A DNA stretch of 64,000 nt from Takakia lepidozioides (GCA_030704615.1 CM060731.1:84878001-84942000); one strand, 5' to 3'. Positions 50,521 through 62,543 are shown, counted from the stretch's first letter. Made by a program: numbers and translations. The notes: generated by a model not told the origin, from the sequence alone.

Positions 50521-51280
50521 GTGATTCCCCGTGGAAAAATAGGTCCAAGAAACCTGCATGGGTAGATGGTCAACTGGAAGCCGCAGCAGCGGCACAATTC
50601 ATAAAATCAGACAATGCTAATCAAGGTACCTTCTTCAACACATTTCACTCTGTTTTCCTCTCTTATCAGAATTGCCCTAAATTTTCATGTTTCAAGAATT
50701 CTGCAAGTTAGCTGGTTGAGTGAACCTTTGATAGTTTGGAGTGACTTTGACATGATACTGCCAAAGTGACAATAGGAAAGTATCCAGAAATAGGTAACAG
50801 AGAGGAGAAGTTGTGGAATGAATACTTTTCTGACCCCAGTCAATGGTGGGACAACCGTCTTGGAAGGTAAATGCCTTTGGATTACAGAGTGGTAGATGCA
50901 ATTGAGAATAGGAACTGGTGTGATAAGTTGAGTTGGGTGTTTGCTGGAACAAATCTAGGCTGCCATTGTCAGCTGCTAACAGCAATGCAAGGATGTATGC
51001 ATGATCTGTGCAGAGGCATGGATAGCTGAAGGAGCAGGGATAGAGTGTCATCCAAGAGGGCCGGATTTCAAGCTCCATATTACTTATGATTCCCTATGGA
51101 AGGATAGCTACAAGAAACCTGCATGGGTAGATGGTACATAGTTTGGAGTGATTTTGACATAATACTGCCAAAGTGACAATAGGAAAGTATCCATAAACAT
51201 GTAACGGAGATGAGGAGAAGCTGTGGAATGAATGCTTTTCTGACCCCAGTCAAGGGAGGGACAACCGAGGGAAAAAAAAT
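50520..51280 (+). pseudogene. Exon remnants encoding OSB-type PDF motifs (organellar ssDNA-binding module), partly duplicated
   Basis: EKLWNEYFSDPSQWWDNRLG (~50805-50866, then a GT donor), HPRGPDFKL..DSLW..KKPAWV (~51048-51130), a second KKPAWVD (~50548) and a second LWNE..SDPSQ..DNR (~51215-51270). Confidence 0.7.
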
Positions 51281-52099
51281 GAATATGCCTATTAGATTAC
51301 AGAGAGTAGGAGACGCAACTCAACATAGACACTAAGGCAAACTCTCCTTCCCTGCAAAGGGTGTGTTTTGGTATCTGAGCGAATAAATATAATTTCTAAA
51401 AACATAATTTCAATGTTTTGTTATTTAATAATGTTCTCATCAAGGCCACTGTCCATTTTCCCTATAATAATAATAATAATCATCATCATAATAACAATAA
51501 ATTAAATCCATTAATATTCAAACTTAATATTGGAAATCAATTAATAATTAATTAATGCGTACCACCACACAGGAACGAACACGTGTTGCATAGTGACTTA
51601 TCGAAGGTGTGAAATATGACACGTGTCGCATAATGGCTTGTTCAAGGTGTGAAATCTACCGTGAAACATGCCACACTGGCTTTTTTCACACTCTGTCATA
51701 TCAGCTATGCCATCGGCCATGTCAGCGGCCATGTCACCATGCACCCCGTGAAAAAAGCCACCCGTGGACTTTTCCACAGGGCCACCCGAGAGCCAGGCCG
51801 TCCACGGGGTATCCAAAAGCACTAGTCGTTTCTTACACCCACGGCGGGTGTGGACTGCGGCTGATTCCACAGCAAAAAGTGTGGAAAACGCCGTGGAAAA
51901 GCCGGTTTCTCTTCTAGTGATCTTTGGCACACCATATTGAGAGATGATTTCTTCTTCTGAGAGGTGAGCTGCCCTCTTTGCCGCACGATCCTTTACTGGC
52001 TCAGTTTCCACCAAATCAGAGAAGCGATATGTTACAATAAGTGCATATTTGTTTCATGTTTACGTAATGGGCATAGGCTCTGTCGTGTACAGTGCTGCT

Positions 52100-52550
52100 C
52101 GGTGGAACATGTCATATTTTCGCATGCTTTTGAGGTTTCGTCCCCACACATCTGAATGTTTCCACCAAATCGTTCACAAAGGTACATATTACTTTCCTGC
52201 CCCCTTCAGTTCGATTATGCCAGAATACCCGCACATATATTTCTGTTTGGATTCTTCTTGCTCCAAAATGCCCCATCTTTGTGTGCACTTTTGATTGATC
52301 CTCTTTCAGTCTTCCTTGGTACCACAAGTCATTTATAGATCAAGCATCCATCCTTCCTCTGGTGATAGATGGTGCGTTCTTGCACCAACCTTCTCTCTTC
52401 ACTTGTCAAATAACCATGGATAGGACCAGCCGTCAAATTCTGCAATATAGCTTGTAAATCATCCAGTATGTCACATTGATGCCTCTCTTTACTTGCTGCC
52501 CTAAACAGAAGTGACAGTTGTTCCCTTGCTGCTTCATACTCTCCTGTCAT
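52100..52550 (-). pseudogene. Integrase-type zinc-binding (H2C2-like) domain remnant, without an integrase core
   Basis: YHQRKDGCLIYK*LVVPRK.ER..VH.KMGHFGARRIQ.EI..RVFW assembled over two frames. Confidence 0.5.
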
Positions 52551-53102
52551 AAAATGCCATATCTGAAGTTGTGTTTATGTGGTCGCCACTGCTTCCCAAA
52601 CATGCTTCCTTTTATTTGTTGAATCATATTTGAAGTTTCATCATTCTCACTTCCAGTGCTGATTGAACTATCACCATCTTCACTTCCTATGGTGGGGATA
52701 TGGTTTGTAGAGAGCTGTTGCAGATTATTACCATGATTCTCCAGGCATTCATCCCCACTGTCCTCCCCTTTTGACAAGTCTTGTTCTGGAAAATGACCTC
52801 TTTTACATGAGTCTCTTTGTTTTTCCTTTCCGATTGTGCTTGGACCATGTTGATGTGTGGCAGGCTTGCGTCCAACTTCTCTCGGTGTTGCCCCAAGTTA
52901 TCATTCCGGATGTGACGTGGCGCTGACACGTCGGCCGTCACGTCCGACGTGCGTCACGTCACGTCGAATCCAGACGTTTATCCATGTAATTTTTTTTATA
53001 TTTGACTTTTACTGTTTACTTCTACCCTTTGTAATGACATGGCAGCCACGGTGTAAAACGGACGTGGCCAATTATTAAGATTTATTAATTCTTTTTTAAA
53101 AA

Positions 53103-53450
53103 TGAGTCCGCCTATATTGACGGTCGCATATAATTTATTATTTTTAATAAAAGCGACCGCCTATATTGGCGGTCGCTTGTAATTTAATATTTTGTTAAAT
53201 TAAGCGACCGCCAGTATTGGCGGTCGCCCGTAATTTATTTATTTTTAAATGAAGCGACCGCCCATATTGGCGGTCGCCCGTAATTTATTTATTTTTAAAT
53301 GAAGAGACCGCCCAAATTGGCGGTCGCCCGTAATTTATTTATTTCGCTTATATTTTATTACATTTGAAAATAAGTGACCGCCTACATTGGTCATGTGGCG
53401 GTCGCTCTCTTGTTTTTATAAATATAGCGACCGCCATGCATCGGTCGCGT
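53103..53450. repeat. Array of hairpins GCGACCGCC-N-ATTGGCGGTCGC separated by AT-rich spacers, period about 50 bp
   Basis: Copies at ~53104, 53153, 53203, 53253, 53303, 53373 and 53426. Confidence 0.92.
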
Positions 53451-53689
53451 GTTTTTTTTTTTTCTTAGAAATCCAAGGACCAGCCGTGTGGTGTTTTGTT
53501 TTTAATTTTTAATCATGAAGCGGCGCCTCGGCCAGCCACGTGGCGAGGTGCCACGGGTCAGGAAAAACGAAACAAATGGGATGGGGGGAGGTGGTTTTGA
53601 ACCCTTGACCTCTCCCATGTGGGTGCGACTGGCCAGTCGCGCCGCGCTGACATGTGCCAAGGCGCCACTGGCCTGTCGCGCCTTTGTTT

Positions 53690-54215
53690 GGAAAAATGGC
53701 GCCGAATTTCTCTTTTTTGGGCCGAAAACTGGCTAAGTCCCAACATGCACTGGTACAGTGTCTGGAAAAATGGCGCCGAATTTCCCTATTTTGCGCCAAA
53801 AACTGGCTAAGTCCGAACATGCACTGGAAAAATGGCGCCGAATTACCTGTCATGAGGGGACCTATAGCCGCGGAATTCGGCACCATTTTTCGCCAGAGAG
53901 ACCTATTACCGCGAAATACGTCGCCGTTTTTTCAGGTTACGGACCCTATTACCGCGAAATTCGGCGCCATATTTGCACATGTCGCTGGGAATTGGCATGA
54001 GCGGAAGACGAAATATCATGAGCACAACTGTCAAAACTACAATTTTCCCTTCAAGGGGCCGAATAATATATTTGTTTTTCCTGACACATTGCATTAAATT
54101 AATTTTTTTATTGTTTTTTATTTTCGAAATTTGTACTTCTGCTCATGAAAACCGATTGTCTTACTACTCCGCTCATGCCGCTCATGCCGCTCATGCTCAT
54201 GAAATAGCTAACCTC
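53690..54215 (-). mobile_element. DNA transposon terminus (TIR plus AAATGGCGCCGAATTT subterminal repeats) that cuts the gag gene
   Basis: Ends ...gctcatgaaatagctaacctc at 54215; homologous to 59515-60078; inverted copy at 63760-64000. Confidence 0.88.
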
Positions 54216-56146
54216 CTTTGGTCTGGCATATTACTTCAGCCAAAGTCCCTTCATTACTTTGCATGTCTGCAGCTTCTTTCTTCCTTTCATCCTCACTCAC
54301 TTCTTCTTCTCCATCAGAATCAGAGGAATCTGCCACAGGAATATCAGTACTCTTCTGCATTTCCCTTATGGTATCTGCCACTTCCTTGTGCAGTTCCTTC
54401 TCATCTCTCCAAGCCTCATCATCGTCAGGCATTTCACTGCCACCTTCATTATCATCATCTTCCTCAACTACTGGAGGTATTGGTTTGGCTTTGCTTCTTG
54501 TTACTATCATTGTACTTACTTCTGGTACAACACATGGCCTAACCATGTGAGCTGCCACCACTGGGCCCTCATTCACAGGAGCTCTCATCTCATTCTGGTG
54601 TCTAATCCAGAACGAACAGGCTGCCTTGCGATGTCCTGGCTGATTACAATAGTAACACAGTTCTTCACCATTGGGTCCTCGCCCTTGGTCTGCTCTAGGA
54701 TTATTTCTGTAATCCTGATTCCCTGGCTGGCAATTCCCCCTTGGATTACCCTGATAGTTGCCTCTGTAATTTCCTTGGTAATTCCCTCTTGAATTACCTC
54801 TCCCTTCCATGCCATTGTTATAACCACCAGACCTACCATAGTGGTCCTGATCATTGTTTCTTCTTGGCTGGGGCTGCACCTGATGCACCCTTACTTGCCT
54901 AGGTTCTCTTGCAGCTGTCCTTCTGTTGTAGTAACAATTCTCAGTAGAATGGTTATCCATTTTACAGATAGTACAGTGTTTCTCCTTCATGTGGCATTCA
55001 GTGGTGGTATGGCCTTCATTCTGGCACTTTGCACACCATACACCCTTCCTCCAATGTGTTGCAGCCTCTGTGGCATACTTCTTCAAGATTTCTTCCAAAT
55101 TTTTTTCATAGTTATCCCTCTTCAACTTCTCCTTTCTCTTACTCTTTCTTTTTAGTTCTTGCTCTTCTTCTTCATCTGACTCATCCTCAGAGTCCTCATC
55201 TTCTTTTTTTCTCTCTCCTGAGCATTCCCAATTGCTCAATTCTGTTCGCAGTTTCAAATGCCTCCTCCACTGTATTATGGGGTAACATATCCACTTTCTT
55301 TTGCAACTCTGGTCTTAGTCCACTCACAAACCAAGTCTTCTGTAAACCTGGTGCTGGTACAGTAGCCAGCTTTTTCATCATCAATTCCATCTTTTCCATA
55401 TACTCCTCAACAGTTTCATGCTTCTTTTGCTTTAACTGTTGTAAACTTCCATACACTTCATCCTCAGTTTTACTTGTCCTGAACCTATTTCGGAATGTTG
55501 TATTCAAGCCATTCCAGGTTAGGAAATGATTATCAGGGAATCTTGCATACCATTCACTTGCTTTCTTGATAAGTGAACAAGGAAACAATCTCATCTTGGC
55601 ATCATCGCCATTCTCATTGTTCACTATACACATGTGCTCAAATTGGCTAATGTGTACATCGGGATCCCCTTTTCCTGAATATATTGGAAAATGTGGTTTT
55701 GCTCGTGTTGGTTGTAATGCCATCGGTGGCCCTACCTTCTGCCCACTGACAGGTGCTGGCACCCTTGCTGGTGCTGGTCCTTCAGGACCTGTTGTTGTTG
55801 TGGTGGATCTTCCACCAAGTGGTGGCCCTTGAACATTCCCTGCTACTGGCCCCACGATATTCACAGTATTCCCAGCTTTAGTTGCACTACTTCCCACACT
55901 CCCTGTCCCCCCAGAGCCAGATCCAGGCAGCCCGCCTGATCCCCCTGAGCCGACACCTTCGTTGGCCTGTGATCCAAGTGCTCCACTTGATCCAGGTCCA
56001 ACGGGTTGGGATATCCTGGTTGTAGTCTCAACCTCAGCTGTTGGGTCTACTTCTTCATACTCTTCATCTTCCAATTTCTTCTCTCTATTTTCATCCTCCA
56101 AGTTCTGCCCTTGGGTTTCTTCTTCACTCATGTAACTCAACTGCAA
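54216..56146 (-). pseudogene. Gag of a non-chromovirus Ty3/gypsy element (capsid plus zinc knuckles), frameshifted and 3'-truncated
   Basis: YSGKGDPDVHI..F, LFPCSL..A..W, LKQ..ETV.EY, WFVSGLRPEL; knuckles CAKCQNEGH..EC, CTICKMDNH..NC and CYYCNQPGH..AC; VTRSK. Confidence 0.9.
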
Positions 56147-56574
56147 TGGTGTTGGAGAGTCTGAACTCTCGTTGGCTCTGCCACATCCTCTCCTCCTTCT
56201 TCACCTTCCGCTTAAGAAACTGGAGTTCCTGCTTTTGGTGTTCCATGCCAACTCTTATCAAAGATTTCTGTCAAATCTTTTATCCAGGGATGTACCTCAG
56301 ATCTTTCACCTCGTGATTGATCTTCTTCCTGTACCAATTCCCTTAATCTTTCTTGCAAAGAAAAAGAAGGAGTGGCATCCAACTCTAGTTCTTCCGGTAC
56401 GGGTGATGTATTCTCTGATCTTAATGGTGTGAGAGGTCCAGATGATTCCCCTATGTCTATTCCTCTCTCCCAAAGATATGGATAATTAGCTTGCAGATAG
56501 CTTTCTCTTTTTGCTGAATATCTCTGGCGTCTAGCTTCTCTTTCATCACTCATGTCCCATGTCTTTCATTTCTT

Positions 56575-57140
56575 TTAATGTGGCAATAACCAAAACTCTC
56601 TTCTGTAATATCTCTCGTATATGCCTGGGTTTCTTTCAAGCTTCAATGCACCCTTGGCTATACTAGAAGTCTCCGTTACCATATAACCATATGGCAAACA
56701 AGTCTGGAAAGCTGTTCTTGGTGTGAGTTTGATCCACAAAATATCCTTTGGAATCCAATTCTTTACCAGTACAAGCTCTTCATGCATATGAGTATAAACA
56801 TTCACCTTTCTTTCCTCCCAGCCTTCAAACTCTACTCGCTTAATAAATAGCAATGCTATCACATAAACCAGTGTTGGTAACCAACGTGCTCTTCCTCTAC
56901 AGGCCACCTGATAAATCTTTATCACTCTTTTCTCCAGACCCCACTCAGGGTCAGCATCATGCACTCTCTTAAGAATGTTTTCTTTACAACCGTCTGGCAA
57001 TTCCAAGAACCTCTGAAAGAATCGTTTGGACAATCTTTCCTTCTCAGTTTCACAGGGAATTTGATTCACATCAAATTCTTTAATTCTCCATCCACCATGA
57101 TCCCACCATATGCCTGTCACATCTGGTTGTTCATGACCCA
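56575..57140 (-). CDS. Extra ORF between PBS and gag, function unknown
   Basis: About 190 stop-free codons, Trp- and aromatic-rich, directly downstream of the PBS; start codon uncertain. Confidence 0.45.
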
Positions 57141-57143
57141 GTT

Positions 57144-57160
57144 CCCCAGTATGGTCGCCA
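57144..57160 (-). promoter_or_regulatory. Primer binding site (non-Met tRNA type)
   Basis: Minus strand TGGCGACCATACTGGGG, 2 nt after the LTR end CA. Confidence 0.8.
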
Positions 57161-57162
57161 AA

Positions 57163-58176
57163 TGTCGCGCGGCTTTTACTCACCCATCCCTTCGCTATCC
57201 GAGGCGGGAACTCCAAGATAGAAGAGTTGGAAATCTCTTAGCACTCAGCCCGCTCAGAACAATCAGTCATGACCTATAGCTAGTGTATCATGGGGGTGTT
57301 TCCTATTTGTTTTCCTTCCCGCATTCATGTTAGCTAGTTACCTTACTGTTGGTATTTAAGTATCAGTTTGCTTCAGCAATCTATCGGATTCCATCAACTC
57401 ATCCATTCATTCCACAGCTTCACTCAGATCTCTCTACACAGTGTGAGTAAGAAGTATGTATCAGATTAATATCTATCAAGTATCAGGCTGAAGCCATGGT
57501 ATCTCTATTCTGCTCTACATTACAACTCTACTTCTTGCATTCAGCAAGTATCAACAGATCGTTCTCCTCCTACTCCGTGCTCTCCCTCTTTCTGCTCAGA
57601 GATGCGCTCTCCGCTTCATTTCCAAGTTCTCATTTCCCCTCCCCGAAGTCCTTCTCAAAGTGATTCCCCAAGAAGTGATTCTCCCCCAAGAAGTGATCTT
57701 TTTCCAGTCCTCGCTCCTGGCTTTATCTTCCTACCCGTTGTTCTAACCGTTTCCCTCACTAACCGTCATCCGTGAGCTAACATGTTCCATTCGCAGATGT
57801 TGTTCCCCACAGTCGTCCCCTGTCCTGCTATCCGTTCCCTATGGTCGTGACAGTTGTGTCAAGCTGTGACTGGCTGTGTGAAACTGTGACGGGCTGTGAC
57901 TGGCTGTGCGACTGTGTCGGGCTGTGACGGGCTGTGTCGGGCTGTGATTGGCTGTGCGAAGCTATGACGGCTGTGTCTGACTGTGTCGGCTGTGTCGGAC
58001 TGTGACGGGCTGTGTTGGACTGTGACGGACTGTGTTGGCTGTGTTGGGCTGTGTATCTCCCCCCTAAAGCCTGTTGCTGTCACCCCTAAGGCTCCTGTTG
58101 GTCTCAGTCTGTGTAAAAATTAAGGGTACCCCACAGATCCCGTAAAAGTGCCTAAGTCCCAGACAGTCCTCTAACA
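57163..58176 (-). mobile_element. 5' LTR of the non-chromovirus Ty3 element, inserted in a MULE-like gene
   Basis: TG...CA; homologous to 4459-5551; followed on the minus strand by PBS and gag. Confidence 0.92.
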
Positions 58177-59241
58177 GAGGCACCTGGCGGAGAAGAGGAT
58201 TCATGGCGAGCTGACAAGAATATTTGCACGCTGCCTCGTGGTCCCGTGATGTTGCCTGAGGAGGTCTCGTCGAGCACCGCAAGTCCTGCACGTTCAAGAT
58301 CGCCATCTCCTTTGAGCACATGGCACGTGCCCGCGGAACATAACGAGCCATCTGTAGTAACGCAGTACAACATACCCATTGTGGAGACAAGAGTGTCGGA
58401 GTCACAGTGGAGAATAGCAAGGACATTGCCGACATTTCGAGGGAAGTGCTGCGCCATCCGGGTGGATACAAGAGCACGCTGTGGTGAGATGATTCGGAGG
58501 AACCCACACGGTGCTGTACCTGCACCTTGTTTCAGCGGCAGATTTTTGACTCCCACATTCTCTTACGCCACAACGCAGACGTTTTGGTTCTGTAGGCACG
58601 ACATAATAACCTGTGTATTTGGCAAGCCCAAGTACGGGATTCAGGGAATGCCCAAGCCTCCGGGCGTCTGGCCTGTTGCACCGGGTTGCAACCTCTCTCA
58701 GAATGAGGCGGATGCTCTTTCTGCAGCAGGATTTCGAATGGTGCAACGCACAGACGTCCCGGCCCACTCCTTTCCAGTTCCTCAGACCCAGCCATTGCAG
58801 GCTGCTCCGTCCAGTAGAGACGGATTGGATAATTCTGCACATCTCACAATGCGATTCGGAAGAGTGAAGAGACGACACCCTCCCAACAAGTTGAATGAGA
58901 CTCGGATTGCCAATGCTCTTGGGATGGCTTGCACTATTCAGAGCTCCGTGGACGTACCCCCACCCGGCTTTGGGCGTGTTTATCAGATGGCAACGGCCGG
59001 CTCAGCTGTACGCGACGACGTATACACAATTACGATTGGAGTGGAGCCGACTTGCAATTGTACGGACTTCTCGTTGATGGAAGCAAAGAAGGGGTCAAAG
59101 TATTATCCGTGCAAGCATCTGTATTACATATACCTGAAGAGGTTGAGGATGAACTTGACTATTGATGACTTTATTCATGCACCAGCGTTGAGCGTGAACG
59201 AGCTGCACAAACTCCTACGCCGGGATTCCAGAAATCATTGA
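58177..59241 (+). CDS. SWIM zinc-finger C-terminal region of a MULE-like transposon gene, 5' part removed by the LTR insertion
   Basis: Open frame from the LTR boundary; Y.I.I..EPTCNCTDF..PCKHLYY fits SWIM CxCx(n)CxH; followed by the family terminus. Confidence 0.85.
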   Translation, partial: EAPGGEEDSWRADKNICTLPRGPVMLPEEVSSSTASPARSRSPSPLSTWHVPAEHNEPSVVTQYNIPIVETRVSESQWRIARTLPTFRGKCCAIRVDTRARCGEMIRRNPHGAVPAPCFSGRFLTPTFSYATTQTFWFCRHDIITCVFGKPKYGIQGMPKPPGVWPVAPGCNLSQNEADALSAAGFRMVQRTDVPAHSFPVPQTQPLQAAPSSRDGLDNSAHLTMRFGRVKRRHPPNKLNETRIANALGMACTIQSSVDVPPPGFGRVYQMATAGSAVRDDVYTITIGVEPTCNCTDFSLMEAKKGSKYYPCKHLYYIYLKRLRMNLTIDDFIHAPALSVNELHKLLRRDSRNH

Positions 59242-59514
59242 TGGGGAAAAGGGAATCCACCATATGGATAGTTGCAATTGCATTTTTATGCATTAGACTT
59301 TGTTTTGCAGTGTAATGAATTGCACCCCAAAACTCCTGGAATGAGACAGACAATATTTAAGTGATGTCTTTTAAACACTAGGGACTGTTGGATATCCGTT
59401 CACGTCCAGTGGCAATTCAATGTCGAAACAGAATCAATTCAACGATGGCAGCAGGAAAAATTTGCAAATCTTCCAGAAAACTAAGTTCCAATAGTTGCAG
59501 TTGAGGGGGCCATT

Positions 59515-60078
59515 TCTGGAAAAATGGCGCCGAATTTCACTTTTTTGGGCGAAAACTGGCTAAGTCCTAACATTGTCTGGAGACGATGTCTGGAAAAATG
59601 GCGCCGAATTTCCAGTTACATGGCCCAGAACTGCCCAACATTTGTGCAATGCCCGGAACCATGTACCGAAATTCGGCGCTACATTTCCAAATTTTGGGCT
59701 TACACTTCAATGAAGTTGGGACCTATAACCGCGAAATTCGGCACCATTTTTCGCCGGAGTCACCTATTACCGCGCAATACGTCGCCGATTTTTCTGCTTG
59801 CAGAACCTATTACCGCGAAATTCGGCGCCATTTTTGCAAATGTCGTTCGGAATTCGCATGAGCGGAAATCGAAATATCATGAGCACGGCTCTCAAAACTA
59901 CAATTTCTACTTCAAACAATGAATATTATATTGTTTTTTTTTGTTTTTTTTTTACACATCCCATTAACATAATGTTTTTTTAATGTTTTTTATTTGCGGA
60001 ATTTGTACTTCTGCTCATGAAAACCGATTGTCTTACTACTCCGCTCATGCCGCTCATGCTCATGAAATAGCTAACCTC
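59515..60078 (-). mobile_element. DNA transposon terminus downstream of the SWIM gene, abutting a PPR gene
   Basis: GGCGCCGAATTT/GAAATTCGGCGCC repeats and ...catgaaatagctaacctc; sequence after 60078 (catgtgaagatgc) aligns with the PPR paralog at 49856, fixing the boundary. Confidence 0.88.
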
Positions 60079-61240
60079 CATGTGAAGATGCTTTGTGAGG
60101 CAAGCACACTGACAGAGGCTCTATAGACTTTAAACCAAGAAGGCATTTCAGCAGATTCAGATATGTATGTCTCTCTCTTGCTTAAGTGCATCAAGATGAA
60201 AGGTCTGCAAGCTGGAAAGCAGGTGCACACTCACATTATGATCCAAAGTGGATTCACCCAAGTGTTTTTCTCCTCAACACCCCTGTCAGTTCATGTATGT
60301 TAAGTGCGGGAGCATCATGAATGCTCACCAAGTGTTCAAAGGAATGCCTCAACGATATTTGATCAGGTGGAATACAATGTTGGCAGGATTTACCAAGCAT
60401 GGGTGTGGTAGGAATGCTTTGGAGACCTATCAGCAAATGCTGCGCGAAGGGGTGAAGCCCAACCACATCACATTTGTTGGTGTTTGCCATGCGTGTGCAA
60501 GCCTAGGAGCCCTGCAAAGGGGAAAAGAGGTCCATGGTGACATTGTCAAAGCTGGAATTGTACCAGATGTCATTCTGAACACTGCGCCGGTGGACATGTA
60601 TGCCAAATGTGGGTGCATTAAGGATGCCAAGGGAGTTTTCAACACTATGCCTGAACGAGATGTGGTGTCGTGGAACGCGATGCTTGCAGGGTATGCATAG
60701 TAGGGACGTGGGATGGAGGCTTTGGAGATCTATGATCAAATGATGGGAAGGGGTGAAGCCCGACCACATCACGTTCGTGTGCATTTGCAAGCCTGGCAGC
60801 TCTGGAAAACGGCAAAGAGGTCCATGGTGACATTGTCAAAGCTGGAATTGTACCCAATGTCATTCTGAACAATACCCTTGTGGACATGTATGCCAAATGT
60901 GGGTGCATTGAGGATTCAAAGGGAGTGTTTGACAATATGATCGAACGAGATGTGGTGTCCCTGGAACGGGAAGATCGCAGGATATGCCCAGCATGGTTGT
61001 CATAGGGATGCCCTGCAACTATTTGAAGGAATGCAAAAGGAAGGCTTGAAGCCAGACAATATCGCCTTTATATGCTGCAACTTACGTGCTACTATCAACA
61101 TCTACGCTGCTGTTGGCAGGTGGGCTAACGTAGCAAAGGTGAGGGAAATGATGCAGGCCAAAGGTGTAAGAAAGGTGCCAAGGTGCTCCAAAACTGAGGT
61201 GGACAACCAGGTGTTGTTCAAAGGTAGGCTCCTGCCCTAA
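60079..61240 (+). pseudogene. PLS-class PPR pseudogene with E/E+ remnant, no DYW domain
   Basis: Repeated MYAKCGCI.D.KGVF..M.ERDVVSWN; stops at ~60698; C-terminal NIYAAVGRW..VAKVREMM..KGVRKVP.CS..EVDNQV. Confidence 0.93.
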
Positions 61241-62142
61241 GTTTAGTTTTCAGTCTAGTGCCAAGGGTGGATAAACCCTTGAGGTCATCCATGATGGCCT
61301 CTCCCATATTGTCTCAGGGGACAATGTCCTATCAACAGACATGGCTTTGGACATTATAGCCTCTAAGTCGGATTTATCCAGCAAGGTCAAGACTAAGGGC
61401 TTAGGTTCAGATCATTGAGAATCTCTTCTACTCTCTTCCGCCACGACTTGGCCTTTTTGATAGCCCTAGCGATCCTGCTTCCAATTTATGGATATTTTGT
61501 CTTTCCAAAGGTCAGCACTGACCTGAATTTCTCATTAGGTCAACTGTTCCTCTTCTAACCTCTCTGTCCTTAGACACTGCAATCATGAGCCTCAGGGGCA
61601 TATGAGACGTCTGCTTTGGCTGAAGTGTTGCGAGCAATGCATGATTTAATGTACCTTAGTTGTTTGTGGTATCTGTTGTTTCAGGAGGACAATGAGTTGT
61701 GGTTGGTACCGGGAGATGAATTGCGGCTACGGTACCCAATGAGGTCCTTGAGGGGAGTATGTCAACAAGATACATAGTGATCGAGGAGTCTCTGTCCTGT
61801 ACTAACATGTTTGGTCCCTTTGGGCTTCCTACCTATTTATCAAGTTTTTCATTAATCTCTTGCTGATGGTTGGCACCCCTACTTTTCTGCCTTGTTTTCA
61901 TCCCCTAAGTGCTTTGATCTTCCAGTGACAATATAGAATCGTTGTTCCTATTCTTCCTTTCTTGTTCTCAGTTTAATTTCATTTCATTTGTCTTAGTTTA
62001 ATGAAGTTGTTTTTCAGCTTTTTACTATTCCTGGTAAGTGGTGATGAAGATTTTGGTGATGTGAGTGCCCATTCTTCCCTGTTCCTGTTTCCCCTTGTTT
62101 GTTGCCGTGCATGTGAAGTGCAATATTTCAGTACATCATAAT

Positions 62143-62290
62143 TTCAGTATTTCAATATTTGAATCAACATTTTCAGTATTTCAGTATTTCAGCAATTATT
62201 TCAGTATTTCAGCGAGTTTCTCAGCAAGTATTTCAGAATCTCAGCTAGTTTTTCCACAAGTATTTCAATATTTCAGTTAGTATTTCAACA
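62143..62290. repeat. Degenerate TTTCAGTA minisatellite
   Basis: More than 10 imperfect atttcagt/atttcaat units. Confidence 0.75.
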
Positions 62291-62543
62291 TGCATTTTAA
62301 TATTTTAATGATTAGTAAATCCAAAGATCAGTTTTGTAATATCAGATATCAATATTTAATTCATACATCAATAATTTCTACCAGGGCCAGCTTTATGAAG
62401 AAATAAATAAATATTTTTTTTCTCTCATGCAAAACATGTTTAAAATGTAGTTTAAATATGTGATTATTTTTATTTTAATATAACATTTTAAGGAAATTTT
62501 GTACTTAAGAGTTTTAGGGTGGAGCCATTACGCGACTAGCCGC

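Larger units (their letters stand above)
31822..51919. mobile_element. CACTA (En/Spm)-bounded segment, 20.1 kb, no recognisable CACTA transposase, filled with nested or captured sequence
   Basis: TIRs CACTAGAAGAGAAACCGGCTTTT(T)CCACGG at 31822 and inverted ending at 51919; ATC on both flanks (31819-31821, 51920-51922); CCACGG/CCGTG subterminal repeats at both ends. Confidence 0.9.

Noticed and set aside
4459-58176. One 54-kb LTR element formed by the LTRs at 4459-5551 and 57163-58176
   Set aside because: Orientation fits, but the flanks differ (aatac vs gaggc, no TSD), the LTRs are clearly diverged with large indels, and a scaffold gap lies between them.
32389-60078. Pairing the terminus at 32389 with those at 54215 or 60078
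   Set aside because: No flanking duplication, the left copy is divergent, and such an element would cross the TSD-supported CACTA boundary.
60248-61240. Functional PPR editing factor
   Set aside because: In-frame stops, frameshifts, 5' end removed by a transposon, and no DYW domain.
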